A DNA stretch of 64,000 bases from Rhodopila sp. (GCF_965277825.1 NZ_OZ255846.1:352010-416009); one strand, 5' to 3'. Counted from the stretch's first letter, positions 17,815 to 29,737 are shown. Numbers and translations are program-made. Notes: generated from the letters alone by a model not told the origin.

Positions 17815-18513
17815 CTATTCCCCCCGCGCTGCTTGCAACAAGGCGAGGCCGACGATCGCCGCGGTCTCGGCGCGCAGGATGCGTGGCCCGAGGGAAACCG
17901 GGCGGACGAAGCGGCAGCGGTCGAGTGCGCCATGGTCGCGCGGTCCGAAGCCGCCCTCGGGGCCGATCAGCAGGCCGGCTGGATGGGCGGCCGGGCCTAG
18001 GGGTTGGGCGTTGGCACGCTCCAACGCGACGAACAGGGTGCGTTCGGGCGGCCAGCCGGCGAGGCTGTGGTGCAGTTGGCGCGCCGGTCGGAGGTCGGGG
18101 ACGGTGAGACGTTCGCTTTGTTCGGCGGCCTCGATGGCGATCGCGCGCAGGCGGTCGAGATTGACCCGCCCGGCGTTGGTGCGTTCGGTGAACACCGGCA
18201 GCAGGGACGCGACGCCGAGTTCGGTAGCCTTCTGCACCAGCAGGTCGGTGGTGTCGCGTTTGAGGATGGCGAACATCAGCCAGAGGTCGGCGTCGGCGGA
18301 TTGCGGCCGGAGCCTGGCTTCGACCGCGAAGGTGGCCTTGCCTCGGGTCAATTCGGCGATCCGGCCGGTCCATTCCCCGTCGCGGCCGTTGAACAGGCGG
18401 ATCGGGTTGCCGATCGCCTGGCGCATGACGGCGCCGAGGTAGTGCGCCTGGGCCTCGCTGGCCTGGATCGAGGCACCGTCGGCCAGTTCCGCCTCGACAT
18501 ACAGGCGGATCAT
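17815..18513 (-). CDS. rsmE: 16S rRNA (uracil1498-N3)-methyltransferase
   Basis: MIRLYVEAEL..., QAHYLGAVMR, LFNGRDGEW, and the C-terminal GPEGGF / LGPRILRAETA motifs. Confidence 0.9.
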   Translation of the reverse strand: MIRLYVEAELADGASIQASEAQAHYLGAVMRQAIGNPIRLFNGRDGEWTGRIAELTRGKATFAVEARLRPQSADADLWLMFAILKRDTTDLLVQKATELGVASLLPVFTERTNAGRVNLDRLRAIAIEAAEQSERLTVPDLRPARQLHHSLAGWPPERTLFVALERANAQPLGPAAHPAGLLIGPEGGFGPRDHGALDRCRFVRPVSLGPRILRAETAAIVGLALLQAARGE

Positions 18514-18528
18514 GACTTTGCTGTATGA

Positions 18529-18588
18529 CCAGTTGGTGCAAGCCCAGTCGGTGCAAGCCCAGTTGGTGCAAGCTCAGTTAGTGCAAGC
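18529..18588. repeat. 15-bp tandem repeat x4 (ccagttggtgcaagc)
   Basis: Four contiguous units occupy almost the whole 75-bp gap between the divergent rsmE (start 18513) and ubiA (ATG 18589) genes. Confidence 0.9.
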
Positions 18589-19509
18589 ATGGAACCGCGA
18601 ACAAACCCCGTTATGACGCACACCGACATCGTCGCCACCGGCTGGATCGCGCGGTTGCCGCGCGCATGGCTGCCGTATCTTCTTGTTGCCCGGCTGGACC
18701 GGCCGATCGGCACCTGGTTGCTGTTCCTGCCGGGGTTGTGGGGGATCCTGCTGGTCCGAGCCCCGGTCGGCCAGACGGTTCGGCTGATTGCTCTGTTCGG
18801 CGTCGGCAGCCTGGTGATGCGCGCCGCCGGTTGCGTGGTCAACGATCTATGGGATCGCGATATCGATCGCAAGGTGGCACGCACCGCCGGGCGTCCGCTA
18901 GCCTCCGGCACGCTGAGGCCGCTTGCCGCGCTGGTGTTCCTGGGCGTGCTGCTGGGGGTGGGGCTGGTGGTGCTGCTGCAACTGAACCGACTGGCGCAGG
19001 GTCTTGGGGTGGCGTCGCTGCTGCTGGTGGCGCTGTATCCGTTGGCCAAGCGGGTGACCTGGTGGCCGCAACTGGTGATGGGGTTCACCTTTGGGTTCGG
19101 CGCGCCGCTGGGCTATGCGGCGGCGGCGGGGCGGCTGGATTTCGCCTGGGCGGCGCTTTATGGGGCGGCGATCCTGTGGGACCTGGGGTTCGACACGATT
19201 TATGCGCATCAGGACCGCGAGGATGACGCCCTGGTGGGCATCGGTTCGACCGCTCGGCTGTTCGGCGAGCGGACCCGGCCGTTCCTGGCGGCGTGCTACG
19301 CGGGGTGCATCGCGGTGCTGGCGCTGGCTGGCTGGGCCGCCGGGCTGGGCGGGTGGTTCTATCCGGCGCTGGTGCTGCCGGCGGTGTTGCTGGCGCGCCA
19401 GGTGGCGGCGCTGGACATCGACGACCCGGCCGGATGCCTGCGGCTGTTTCGAGCCAACCGGGAGGTGGGGCTGGCGGTTGGCCTGGCGATCCTGGCGGGC
19501 TGGATTTGA
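18589..19509 (+). CDS. ubiA: 4-hydroxybenzoate polyprenyltransferase
   Basis: NDLWDRDIDRKVARTAGRPLASG and YAHQDREDD motifs; ~8 TM segments. Confidence 0.9.
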   Translation: MEPRTNPVMTHTDIVATGWIARLPRAWLPYLLVARLDRPIGTWLLFLPGLWGILLVRAPVGQTVRLIALFGVGSLVMRAAGCVVNDLWDRDIDRKVARTAGRPLASGTLRPLAALVFLGVLLGVGLVVLLQLNRLAQGLGVASLLLVALYPLAKRVTWWPQLVMGFTFGFGAPLGYAAAAGRLDFAWAALYGAAILWDLGFDTIYAHQDREDDALVGIGSTARLFGERTRPFLAACYAGCIAVLALAGWAAGLGGWFYPALVLPAVLLARQVAALDIDDPAGCLRLFRANREVGLAVGLAILAGWI

Positions 19510-20165
19510 ACGATCCCGAGGCGCTGATCCGGGCCAACACGATCCTGACGCCGGTTTGTCAGGTGCCGGAGATCAGGCTGCATCTGGCGACCGAGATCAC
19601 GCCGATCTGGCAGGCGACCGAGGCGTGGTTGACCGAGAATAATGTGGCACCGCCGTTCTGGGCGTTTGCCTGGCCGGGCGGGCGGGCATTGGCGCGGCAT
19701 ATGCTGGACCATCCGGAGCTGGTGGCCGGCAAGCGGGTGCTGGACTTCGCGGCCGGCGGCGGGATCGCGGCGATCGCCGGGGCGCTGGCCGGGGCGGCGG
19801 CGGTGGAGGCGGCGGAGATCGATGCGCTGGCTCTGGTGGCGGTGGGGATGAACGCGGCGGCGAATGGCGTCGATGTGGCTCGGTCGGGCGACGTGGTGGG
19901 GATGGCGTGCCGCTGGGACCTGATCGTGTGCGGCGATATCTGCTACGAGGCGCCGATGACCGGGCGGATCATGCCGTGGCTGAGGTCGATGGCTGCGGTC
20001 GCCGAGGTTTGGATCGCCGATCCGGGTCGCGCCTACCTGCCCGCGGTGGGGCTGCGGACGCTGGCGGGCTACCGGATCGAGACCAGCCTGGAACTGGAGG
20101 ACAGCACGTACCGGGATGTGGTGATCTATCGTGTGGGTTGCGGCGTGGAACAGGGCCTCGGTTGA
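19506..20165 (+). CDS. class I SAM-dependent methyltransferase
   Basis: VLDFAAGGGIAAIAGALAGA (motif I) and DLIVCGDICYE. There is no ATG downstream of the ubiA stop. TTG 19506 overlaps the ubiA stop (TTGA). Confidence 0.7.
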   Translation: MNDPEALIRANTILTPVCQVPEIRLHLATEITPIWQATEAWLTENNVAPPFWAFAWPGGRALARHMLDHPELVAGKRVLDFAAGGGIAAIAGALAGAAAVEAAEIDALALVAVGMNAAANGVDVARSGDVVGMACRWDLIVCGDICYEAPMTGRIMPWLRSMAAVAEVWIADPGRAYLPAVGLRTLAGYRIETSLELEDSTYRDVVIYRVGCGVEQGLG

Positions 20166-20249
20166 GGGCGACAGCCGACATCTGTAGTTATGCAGCACGA
20201 AGACGCCAAAGTTCGAGGTGCGTCGGGGGCCAGACAGACGGAGATCGAG

Positions 20250-20666
20250 ATGAAGACAACCTACCGCGGCAGTTGCCATTGTCGCGCTGTCACCTTCGAG
20301 GCCGACATCGACCTCGATCAGGGAACCGGCAAGTGCAATTGTACCATGTGCTGGAAGCAGCGGATGTGGAACGCTGGCCAGTTGGCGCCGGCCGATTTCC
20401 GCCTGCTGACCGGCGAGGATGTGCTCAGTGATTATTCCAAGTCCGGGGAATGGGGCGAAGCACACCACCACTTTTGTAGCAAATGCGGCATCGCGACGCA
20501 TGGCCATGGCAAGATCGAGCAGATGGGCGGCAATCCTTATGTCTCGGTTCATCTCGCCGCACTCGACGACCTGCCGGTCGAGGATCTGGTTTCCGCGCCG
20601 TTGACCTTCATGGATGGGCTGCACGACAACTGGTTGAATGCGCCGGTGGAAACCCGGCAGTTGTAG
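20250..20666 (+). CDS. GFA (glutathione-dependent formaldehyde-activating / CENP-V-like) family protein
   Basis: GSCHCRAV, CNCTMC and FCSKCG zinc-binding Cys clusters. GGAG lies 7 nt upstream of ATG 20250. Confidence 0.8.
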   Translation: MKTTYRGSCHCRAVTFEADIDLDQGTGKCNCTMCWKQRMWNAGQLAPADFRLLTGEDVLSDYSKSGEWGEAHHHFCSKCGIATHGHGKIEQMGGNPYVSVHLAALDDLPVEDLVSAPLTFMDGLHDNWLNAPVETRQL

Positions 20667-20746
20667 TTGGGTCAGGTTTGCGGCCAGGTCGCGCGAAGCC
20701 GGACATGGCGCAAAATCTCGAGTCGTCGGCCAACCAGCTAGAGCCG

Positions 20747-22249
20747 TTATTTGCCGGTGGGCTGACCAAGAGGCGTGCCGTTCACGGTCAGTGGGCCGTC
20801 TCCAAAGCTGATGTCCCAGACCAGGCTGTCGCCCTGCGGACGGGCCAGGGCCTTGGCGAGGAAGATGATCGGCAGCGCCTGTTGCACGCTGGGTTGGCGC
20901 TGGATGCGGGTGAGCAAGGCGTCGAGGCCGCGTGCGGCGATGTGGATGGTGCCGGCCAGCCCGGCGGTGGCGGGTGGGCGCAGGTTGGCCGAACCGGTGA
21001 GCGCGAGGGGGCCGGCGTCGAAGGACAGTGCCTCGATGGCGATGCGGGCGCCCGGTTCGGCGAGCAGGGCGGTGGCCTGGGCTTGCAGCAGAGCGGGGTC
21101 GGTTTGGCCGTCGGCGACGGCTCGCAGCAGGGCGATCAGCGGGGCGGTGGGGACGCCGGTCAACAGCGTCTTGAGGTCGATGTGGCGCGGCACCAGGTCG
21201 GCGGTCTGGGCCGGGACGGTGGGAATGGCGATGCCGTCGGCCGCGATGGCGAGCCGGGCATCGAGGCGATCTCGGACGGTGTCGCCGGCGAGGTGGAAGC
21301 GAACATCGTCGACGCTGCCGGCGCTGGTTCGGTTCGGGGTGGCGAAGCGGAAGCGGATATGCTGGATGGTCTGGTCCGCCTCGATCCGGTTCAGCAGGCC
21401 GGGGGTGGCATCGATGACGGCGCGAAGTTGCTGGCGCTGTAATGGGGAGTTGGGCGCTGGGGAGTTGGGCGCTGGGGATGTGGGCGTCCGGGAGGTGGGC
21501 GCTGCGGGGTGTGGACGCGCTGGGGGGCTGGCGATGAAGGCGCGGACTGCCGCCAGCAGGCGGGTGCCCTGCGCCTGGTCGAGCCCGTCGATCGAGACAT
21601 GGCCGGCGATGGCCTGGATAGCGGTATCGGACGACCCGCCGTTGGCGGCATGGCCGAGCAGATGGAGACCGGTCGCCTGGTTTTGCGTGCTGAAGCTGAT
21701 CCGGCGGTCGGGTGCGGTGACGACGGTTCCGTTGCTGGCGAACCGGTCGATGGTCTGGTCGATGGTCTGGTCGATGCGCTGATCGGGCCGTTCAGTGTGT
21801 GTCTGGATGGTGCCGAAGGCGGCGGTGTAGGAGGTCTCGGCGGTCGGTGTCGGACCCAGCCTGGCGGCGGCGGCCTGGCTACCGATGGTGAAGGCGATCC
21901 GGCTGGGCGTGCCGTTGGCCGGGGTGGTCAGCAGCGTGCCGTTTGGCGGAAAGGTCATCGATGAGACCTCGAAGCCGCCCTGTCGCAGCGGGCGGGCGAC
22001 GGCGGTGACGGCGGCGTCGGGTGGGGCGGAGAGGCCGGACAGCGGCAGCCGCACCTGGTAGGTTGACCCGTCGCGGGTAATCGATACCGAAGCCGGTTGC
22101 ACCGTCAGCATGCCGAGCGAGGCGAGCGACAGGACTTGCGGCAGGTCGACCTTGAGGGCGTCGGTTGGCGCGACCGTAGTCTCGGCCTGTGCCGTTGCGG
22201 CTGGGAGGGTCAGCAGGAGGAGCAAGGCGAGGCGATCGGCGGCTGGCAT
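20747..22249 (-). CDS. secreted hypothetical protein, 500 aa (family uncertain, possibly DUF2125-like)
   Basis: Signal peptide LLLLLTLPAATAQA. Contains internal low-complexity repeats (QTIDQTIDQTID; TSPAPNSPAPNSP). Lies 26 nt downstream of the histidine kinase gene on the same strand. Confidence 0.7.
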   Translation of the reverse strand: MPAADRLALLLLLTLPAATAQAETTVAPTDALKVDLPQVLSLASLGMLTVQPASVSITRDGSTYQVRLPLSGLSAPPDAAVTAVARPLRQGGFEVSSMTFPPNGTLLTTPANGTPSRIAFTIGSQAAAARLGPTPTAETSYTAAFGTIQTHTERPDQRIDQTIDQTIDRFASNGTVVTAPDRRISFSTQNQATGLHLLGHAANGGSSDTAIQAIAGHVSIDGLDQAQGTRLLAAVRAFIASPPARPHPAAPTSRTPTSPAPNSPAPNSPLQRQQLRAVIDATPGLLNRIEADQTIQHIRFRFATPNRTSAGSVDDVRFHLAGDTVRDRLDARLAIAADGIAIPTVPAQTADLVPRHIDLKTLLTGVPTAPLIALLRAVADGQTDPALLQAQATALLAEPGARIAIEALSFDAGPLALTGSANLRPPATAGLAGTIHIAARGLDALLTRIQRQPSVQQALPIIFLAKALARPQGDSLVWDISFGDGPLTVNGTPLGQPTGK

Positions 22250-22275
22250 GGGACCTCTTGGAAAACGCGGTGGCG

Positions 22276-23643
22276 TCAGTCGGCCTCGGCGAGGCGGGTG
22301 GTGGCGTTGGTTACCGGTAGCCAGACGCTGACGGTGGTGCCTTGGGCTTCCTCGCTCTCGATCAGCAACTGGCCGCGGTGGCGGTTGACGATGTGCTTGA
22401 CGATCGCCAGGCCGAGGCCGGTGCCACCGACTGCGCGGGAGCGTCCCTTGTCCGCGCGGTAGAACCGTTCGGTCAGCCGGGGCAGGTGCTGCTTGGGGAT
22501 GCCGGCGCCCTGATCGGTGACCGCGATGACGATGCCGGGGCGGCTAGGCCAGCGGTTGGCGGCCCTCGCCAGGCCGACATCGAGGCTCAGCACACCGTCG
22601 TCGCGGCCGTATTTCAGACCGTTGTCGAGCAAGTTCTGCAGCACCTGGGCGATCTGGTCGGCATCGCCGGCGACGACCGGCAGATCGTCGTCGATGCGCA
22701 GCGTGAGCTTGACGTTACGGCTGCTGAGCCGCGGCTCGAATCCGGCGGCCATGCGGTGGATCAGTTCGGCGAGGTCGAGCGGATCGGATGGGACCTGATG
22801 CTCTGTCAGCTCGATGCGCGACAGGCTGAGCAGATCGTCGATCAGGCGGTTCATCCTGGCGCCCTGCTCGGCCATGATCGCCAGGAAGCGCTGCTGGGCG
22901 GGCGGATCGTCGGCGGCTGGTCCGCGCAGGGTTTCGACGAAGCCGATCAAGGAGGCCAGGGGGGTGCGCAGCTCATGGCTGACATTGGCGATGAAGTCGG
23001 CGCGCATCTGTTCGACCGCGCGTTCTCGGGTGCGGTCCGACAACACCACCAGGGCCTGGCCGCCGTCGGCCAGCGGCGGGTCCATCGGCACCACGGTGGC
23101 GTAGAGGTCGCGTGGCACTGGGGCGCGCAGCAGGATTTCGGCGGCTTGCGACTGGCTGGTCGCGAGTGCGCGGTCGATCGCGCCGCGTATGCCGGGATGG
23201 CGCAGCACGGCGGGCAGGTCGTCGTCGAGCGCCGCACGGGCGGCGGCGTTGGCGCGGCGGACGGTGCGATCGCTGGACAGCACGATGACCGGGTCGGGCA
23301 ACCGTTCGAGAATCAGGGTGTCGGCGCGGCGGTGCTGTTCCTGCAGCGCCGAACGGACCGCGAGGCGGCGGGACAGGCGTTCCATTTCGTGTCCCAGGCG
23401 GTCCATCAGCAGCGGGCTTTCGATCCTGGCGAGGGGGCCGGCGTCGTCGGCGGCGATGCGTCGGAGCTGGCCGATCAGCAGGTCGAGGTCGCGTCGCCAG
23501 ACCATGGCGAAGGCGCCGGCGAGCAGGACGCTGATCGCGATCGCCGCCAGTGCCGGCCATAGGGCGGCCCACTGGAACACCGCCATGATGGCCAGGGATG
23601 CGACCGGCGCGGCGGCCAGGCATGTCGCGACCAGCAGCTTCAT
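22276..23643 (-). CDS. PhoR-like sensor histidine kinase
   Basis: Two N-terminal TM segments, a PAS-like region, an H-box (ANVSHELRTPLASLIGFVETLRG), and HATPase motifs (LLDNGLKYG, GTGLGLAIVKH). Confidence 0.8.
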   Translation of the reverse strand: MKLLVATCLAAAPVASLAIMAVFQWAALWPALAAIAISVLLAGAFAMVWRRDLDLLIGQLRRIAADDAGPLARIESPLLMDRLGHEMERLSRRLAVRSALQEQHRRADTLILERLPDPVIVLSSDRTVRRANAAARAALDDDLPAVLRHPGIRGAIDRALATSQSQAAEILLRAPVPRDLYATVVPMDPPLADGGQALVVLSDRTRERAVEQMRADFIANVSHELRTPLASLIGFVETLRGPAADDPPAQQRFLAIMAEQGARMNRLIDDLLSLSRIELTEHQVPSDPLDLAELIHRMAAGFEPRLSSRNVKLTLRIDDDLPVVAGDADQIAQVLQNLLDNGLKYGRDDGVLSLDVGLARAANRWPSRPGIVIAVTDQGAGIPKQHLPRLTERFYRADKGRSRAVGGTGLGLAIVKHIVNRHRGQLLIESEEAQGTTVSVWLPVTNATTRLAEAD

Positions 23644-23778
23644 CGGCGCCGCTGGGGTGGCGGGTACGAACTTGGATTCGATCGCACAGAATCGTGAGGC
23701 GCGGAGCGTCCACGATTCGACGGCTGAACCGGATACTCGAGCGAGAAGCGACGTATCGCGCCTGTCTGATGCGCGATC

Positions 23779-24210
23779 CTAGTCGGCTGGGTCAACACGC
23801 TGATAGCGGGCGCGGACCCCGCGTTCGATGGCGGCGGAGATCAGGCTATCGAGACCGAGTTCGCCGCGCACGAATTCCAGCATCTCGAGCGACTGGCGGC
23901 GGGCGCCGTCGCCGCCGGCGACCACCTCGCAGCCCAGGGCGTAGGCGGTTTCACGCAGCTTGCCGGTGAGCGCGGCGCGCAGCAGGCGGCCGGCATGCTC
24001 CAGCCCGTCGTCTTCGTGCAGCAGGCTTGCGGCGCGTTCGGTCACGTCGGCGAGCTCTTCGCTGGTGAAGTCCTGGAACGCGGGCAGCGTCTGCACCAGA
24101 CCGGACATGATGCCGATTTCGCGGTCTGTCATGCCGCCGTCGGCGGCGGAAACCAGGACCATGGTGAGCACCAGTGCCTCGGGCGCGTTGATGGAGTCGC
24201 GTGAACGCAT
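23779..24210 (-). CDS. TerB-like (tellurite-resistance TerB family) protein
   Basis: LVLTMVLVSAADGGMTDREIGIMS ... RRQSLEMLEFVRGELGL shows the TerB-type helical pattern. Confidence 0.65.
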   Translation of the reverse strand: MRSRDSINAPEALVLTMVLVSAADGGMTDREIGIMSGLVQTLPAFQDFTSEELADVTERAASLLHEDDGLEHAGRLLRAALTGKLRETAYALGCEVVAGGDGARRQSLEMLEFVRGELGLDSLISAAIERGVRARYQRVDPAD

Positions 24211-24530
24211 TGGATCCTCCAGGCATGATCGGTGGCGGGTGGCGGGGCAGGCTTGGTTGGTCGTGGCCGGGCGGGTCGCGGAGACAAGTGGAGAGGGGGG
24301 TTGTAGCGGGAAGCGTAGGGTGACCGATCGAGCCGGATTATCACCCAGGTTGATCGGTTCGGGTTACGACGCAGGTGGGTCAACTCTAGGCAGCGGGTGT
24401 CGGCCAGCCGGGGGTGGTGACCGAAGGCAGTCTTGGGTGGCCGGGCCAAGCCCGGTGGGTTTATACGCGCCAATCATGACACGGTTGGCGGTTTGCTTGA
24501 AGTCATCACATGGTCGGTCACAGGGTAATC

Positions 24531-24715
24531 GCCATTTGGACATTCTGTCGGCGCTATTCGCCGGACGCGGCGTGACTTAGAGAAGCGGTTTGGAACCGCG
24601 GATGCACGCCGATCGGCGTTACGCTAAAATCTGGGTTCAAAGACGTTGCATATCCTTTCCGCATCCGTGGTTCCAGCATCGTGCGGTTGCGTCAAATCCA
24701 ATGGCTTAGCTTCGT
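24531..24715. repeat. intergenic repeat family, copy 3
   Basis: Best-preserved copy. The inverted repeat arms at 24592-24605 and 24661-24674 pair at all 14 positions (one G-U) and enclose 55 nt. Confidence 0.8.
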
Positions 24716-24738
24716 CCGCATCGGATTACCGTAAAAGC

Positions 24739-24912
24739 AATCGCGCGGCGATGATCGACAGCGAGATGGCGAGGGCAATGGACGTGCCGCCGCAAGCTCA
24801 GCTTCCGTTCGGACGTCTCGGCCGACCGAATGAAATCTGGCCTGCGCTCCGCATGATCATCGAAACCGAATATCTCGCTGGTCAGACAGTCCACGTGGAC
24901 GGTGGGCGATAG
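24739..24912 (+). pseudogene. C-terminal fragment of an SDR oxidoreductase
   Basis: Only the SDR tail is present (..PFGRLGRPNEIWPALRMIIETEYLAGQTVHVDGGR*). There is no Rossmann or catalytic region upstream. The fragment begins at the right edge of repeat copy 3. Confidence 0.5.
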
Positions 24913-24934
24913 CCCACATGATACGGAGGATTAC

Positions 24935-25441
24935 GTGCAACGACTTGCTGTTATGTTGATTTCAGCTGTCATCGTGTCGACCGCAGCAGACGCCAAATCC
25001 AAGAATCTTGTTGCCGGGACTTGGACGATGGTCGCAGGCAAGGCTGATCCGAAGGGGGCCAACAAGGATCTTTTTGGCCCCCATCCCTCGGGCCAGCTAA
25101 TATTCGCTGAAGACATGCGTTTCGCCGTCGTCATCAATGATCCCGGCGTATCTCACTTCGCATCGAGCGACCGGTCAAAGGGGACGGACGCGGAAAACAA
25201 GGCCGCTGTTGCTGGCGCGCTTGCTCTGTACGGCACCTATCATGTCGACAATGGGGGGCGGTTTGCGGGTGAGCACGTAATCGGATCAACGTTTCCGAAT
25301 TGGAATGGCCTTGATCGGACTACGGCCACGCTATCCGAGACGGTCGACGGCGACACGATGCTCGAACATCTGCATGACCCAGGCGGACCGCTGATCGAAA
25401 TTGTCTGGCGACGGGCTCCGAGGGAGAACGCCGGAAAATGA
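24935..25441 (+). CDS. lipocalin-like domain protein (secreted)
   Basis: Signal peptide followed by LVGTWTMV...GPHPSGQLIFAEDMRF...ALYGTYHVD, a lipocalin-like pattern. GTG 24935 is preceded by GGAGGA. Confidence 0.7.
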   Translation: MQRLAVMLISAVIVSTAADAKSKNLVAGTWTMVAGKADPKGANKDLFGPHPSGQLIFAEDMRFAVVINDPGVSHFASSDRSKGTDAENKAAVAGALALYGTYHVDNGGRFAGEHVIGSTFPNWNGLDRTTATLSETVDGDTMLEHLHDPGGPLIEIVWRRAPRENAGK

Positions 25442-25494
25442 AAACATCCTGATCACCGGCGTTTCAAGCGGGCTCGGTCGGGCGATTTGGTCGG

Positions 25495-28338
<2,844 letters not shown>

Positions 28339-28480
28339 GCTGGATGTGTAGCGAGGATTTCGGGCGGCGTCAGTACGGCCGGGGTGTTTGGCGATCCGGT
28401 TGGCGAGCGTGGGTGGTGTTCGGTGCGCCGGGTTGCCGGCGGCTGTCTTGCTGAGCGGACAGCCGCCGGTCCGGTTTAGG

Positions 28481-28774
28481 CTATTCCAGTCTGCTGGCGT
28501 CCTGATAGGGGCGATAGGTGCCGTTCAGGATCCCCGGGATGTCGTGCCGGGTGAGGCCGATGTCGCGCAGGTCGCGATCGTTGAAGCCGTTGAGGGTTTG
28601 GAGATCGCGAGCCTGTTGGCGGCGGGTCTTGATCCAGCGGACGACCTGGTCCGCCAGATCGCTGAACGCGGCGCGGCTTAGCGCCGGCCGGAGCCGCGGT
28701 CGCGGCTGCGGAGGTTTTCGTTCGGTCAGCCAGTAGCGTTGATACCAATCCTTGTCGACGATGAACGGCAGCAT
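28481..28774 (-). CDS. DUF1127 domain protein
   Basis: The C-terminal LQTLNGFNDRDLRDIGLTRHDI is the DUF1127 signature. AGGAG lies upstream of ATG 28774. Confidence 0.75.
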   Translation of the reverse strand: MLPFIVDKDWYQRYWLTERKPPQPRPRLRPALSRAAFSDLADQVVRWIKTRRQQARDLQTLNGFNDRDLRDIGLTRHDIPGILNGTYRPYQDASRLE

Positions 28775-29002
28775 GACCGTTACTCCTGCTTGAGCGGAAA
28801 AGGACTGCCGATCCGTGCAGTCCGGTTCTATCCTTTTGGACAGACGCTCAGGCCCCGTGGTCCATGCATGACCGTCCTTGTCGAATCTATTCCGACTGTC
28901 AGAGGATGCCGATGCGGCCTGCAACGGGTGCGGGGTGTTCAGCGCCTGTCCGCGTCACCAGTGTGTACATGTCTGCATAGCATCGAATCCTTCCAGTCTC
29001 GA

Positions 29003-29737
29003 TCAGTGGGGATCATCAAAGTGCTCAGGCCGCTGGTGCGCCGCATCGTCCGAACGGATGAAACAATCGGAATTATTTTTGTTGCGACCAACAAACAAGC
29101 GTTGGAGAAACAGGTGACTTGCCAGCAAGCGGACCAGATCCGCCTGACGGCGAGCACGGGTCTTCTCGAAGATCGCCCGCAACTGCGACCGGACCGTGTT
29201 GTGCGCCACCCCGAACTTGTCGGCGGCCTCGGTCAGCGATGTGCCTGACAGCAGGTGGGCGGCGAGCCTGGCTTCGGCTCGGGTCAGGTGGAACGCGTGC
29301 TGGAAGACCTGTGCCTCAGTCGCGGCGTCGGTTTCGTGTGGCGTGTCGACGAACAGCACTGCCTCGGCGGCGGCTGAAGCAATACTCGCGGAGCCAAGTG
29401 GGGCGACGACGATACGATACATCGGCGCGTCGGCTTCGCGGGCGACTGCGAACACCGGATTCGGTGCGACGGCGGAACGGCCCGGCGGGATGGCTTCGGA
29501 CGAGCGATCGGCGACGCTGGCAACCGCGACGGTGAGCAGACGTGTGTCGTGGCTGGTGCTGGCGTGAAGCCGGCCGTGCACAAGTCGAAGTCCGTCGCCG
29601 CGCTGGATCAGTTGCTGGCCGGCGGGATTGGCGAAATAGACGTGCAAGGAACGATCGACTGTAAGCACGCCGATTTCGAGGCATGCGAGTACGGCGCGTA
29701 ATTCCTCGGTGGCAGTATTGGGTATGTGGAAACTCAT
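29003..29737 (-). CDS. LuxR-family transcriptional regulator
   Basis: C-terminal HTH: LTRAEARLAAHLLSGTSLTEAADKFGVAHNTVRSQLRAIFEKT. The N-terminus looks like a sensor-type region. Confidence 0.8.
   Translation of the reverse strand: MSFHIPNTATEELRAVLACLEIGVLTVDRSLHVYFANPAGQQLIQRGDGLRLVHGRLHASTSHDTRLLTVAVASVADRSSEAIPPGRSAVAPNPVFAVAREADAPMYRIVVAPLGSASIASAAAEAVLFVDTPHETDAATEAQVFQHAFHLTRAEARLAAHLLSGTSLTEAADKFGVAHNTVRSQLRAIFEKTRARRQADLVRLLASHLFLQRLFVGRNKNNSDCFIRSDDAAHQRPEHFDDPH

Noticed and set aside
16291-18000. 569-aa + strand ORF across gshA and rsmE
   Set aside because: It is antisense to two genes with strong family signatures and has low-complexity Gly/Ala/Arg composition. The same reasoning rejects 32336..33850, 36395..37705, 40512..42194, 45183..46607, 54409..56076, 25769..27226, 10927..12264, 19359..20624 and 30759..32123.
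19293-19505. Upstream 71 codons of the methyltransferase ORF (start 19293)
   Set aside because: They overlap the ubiA coding region for 217 nt in another frame and have Gly/Ala/Arg shadow composition. The conserved sequence only begins after the ubiA stop.
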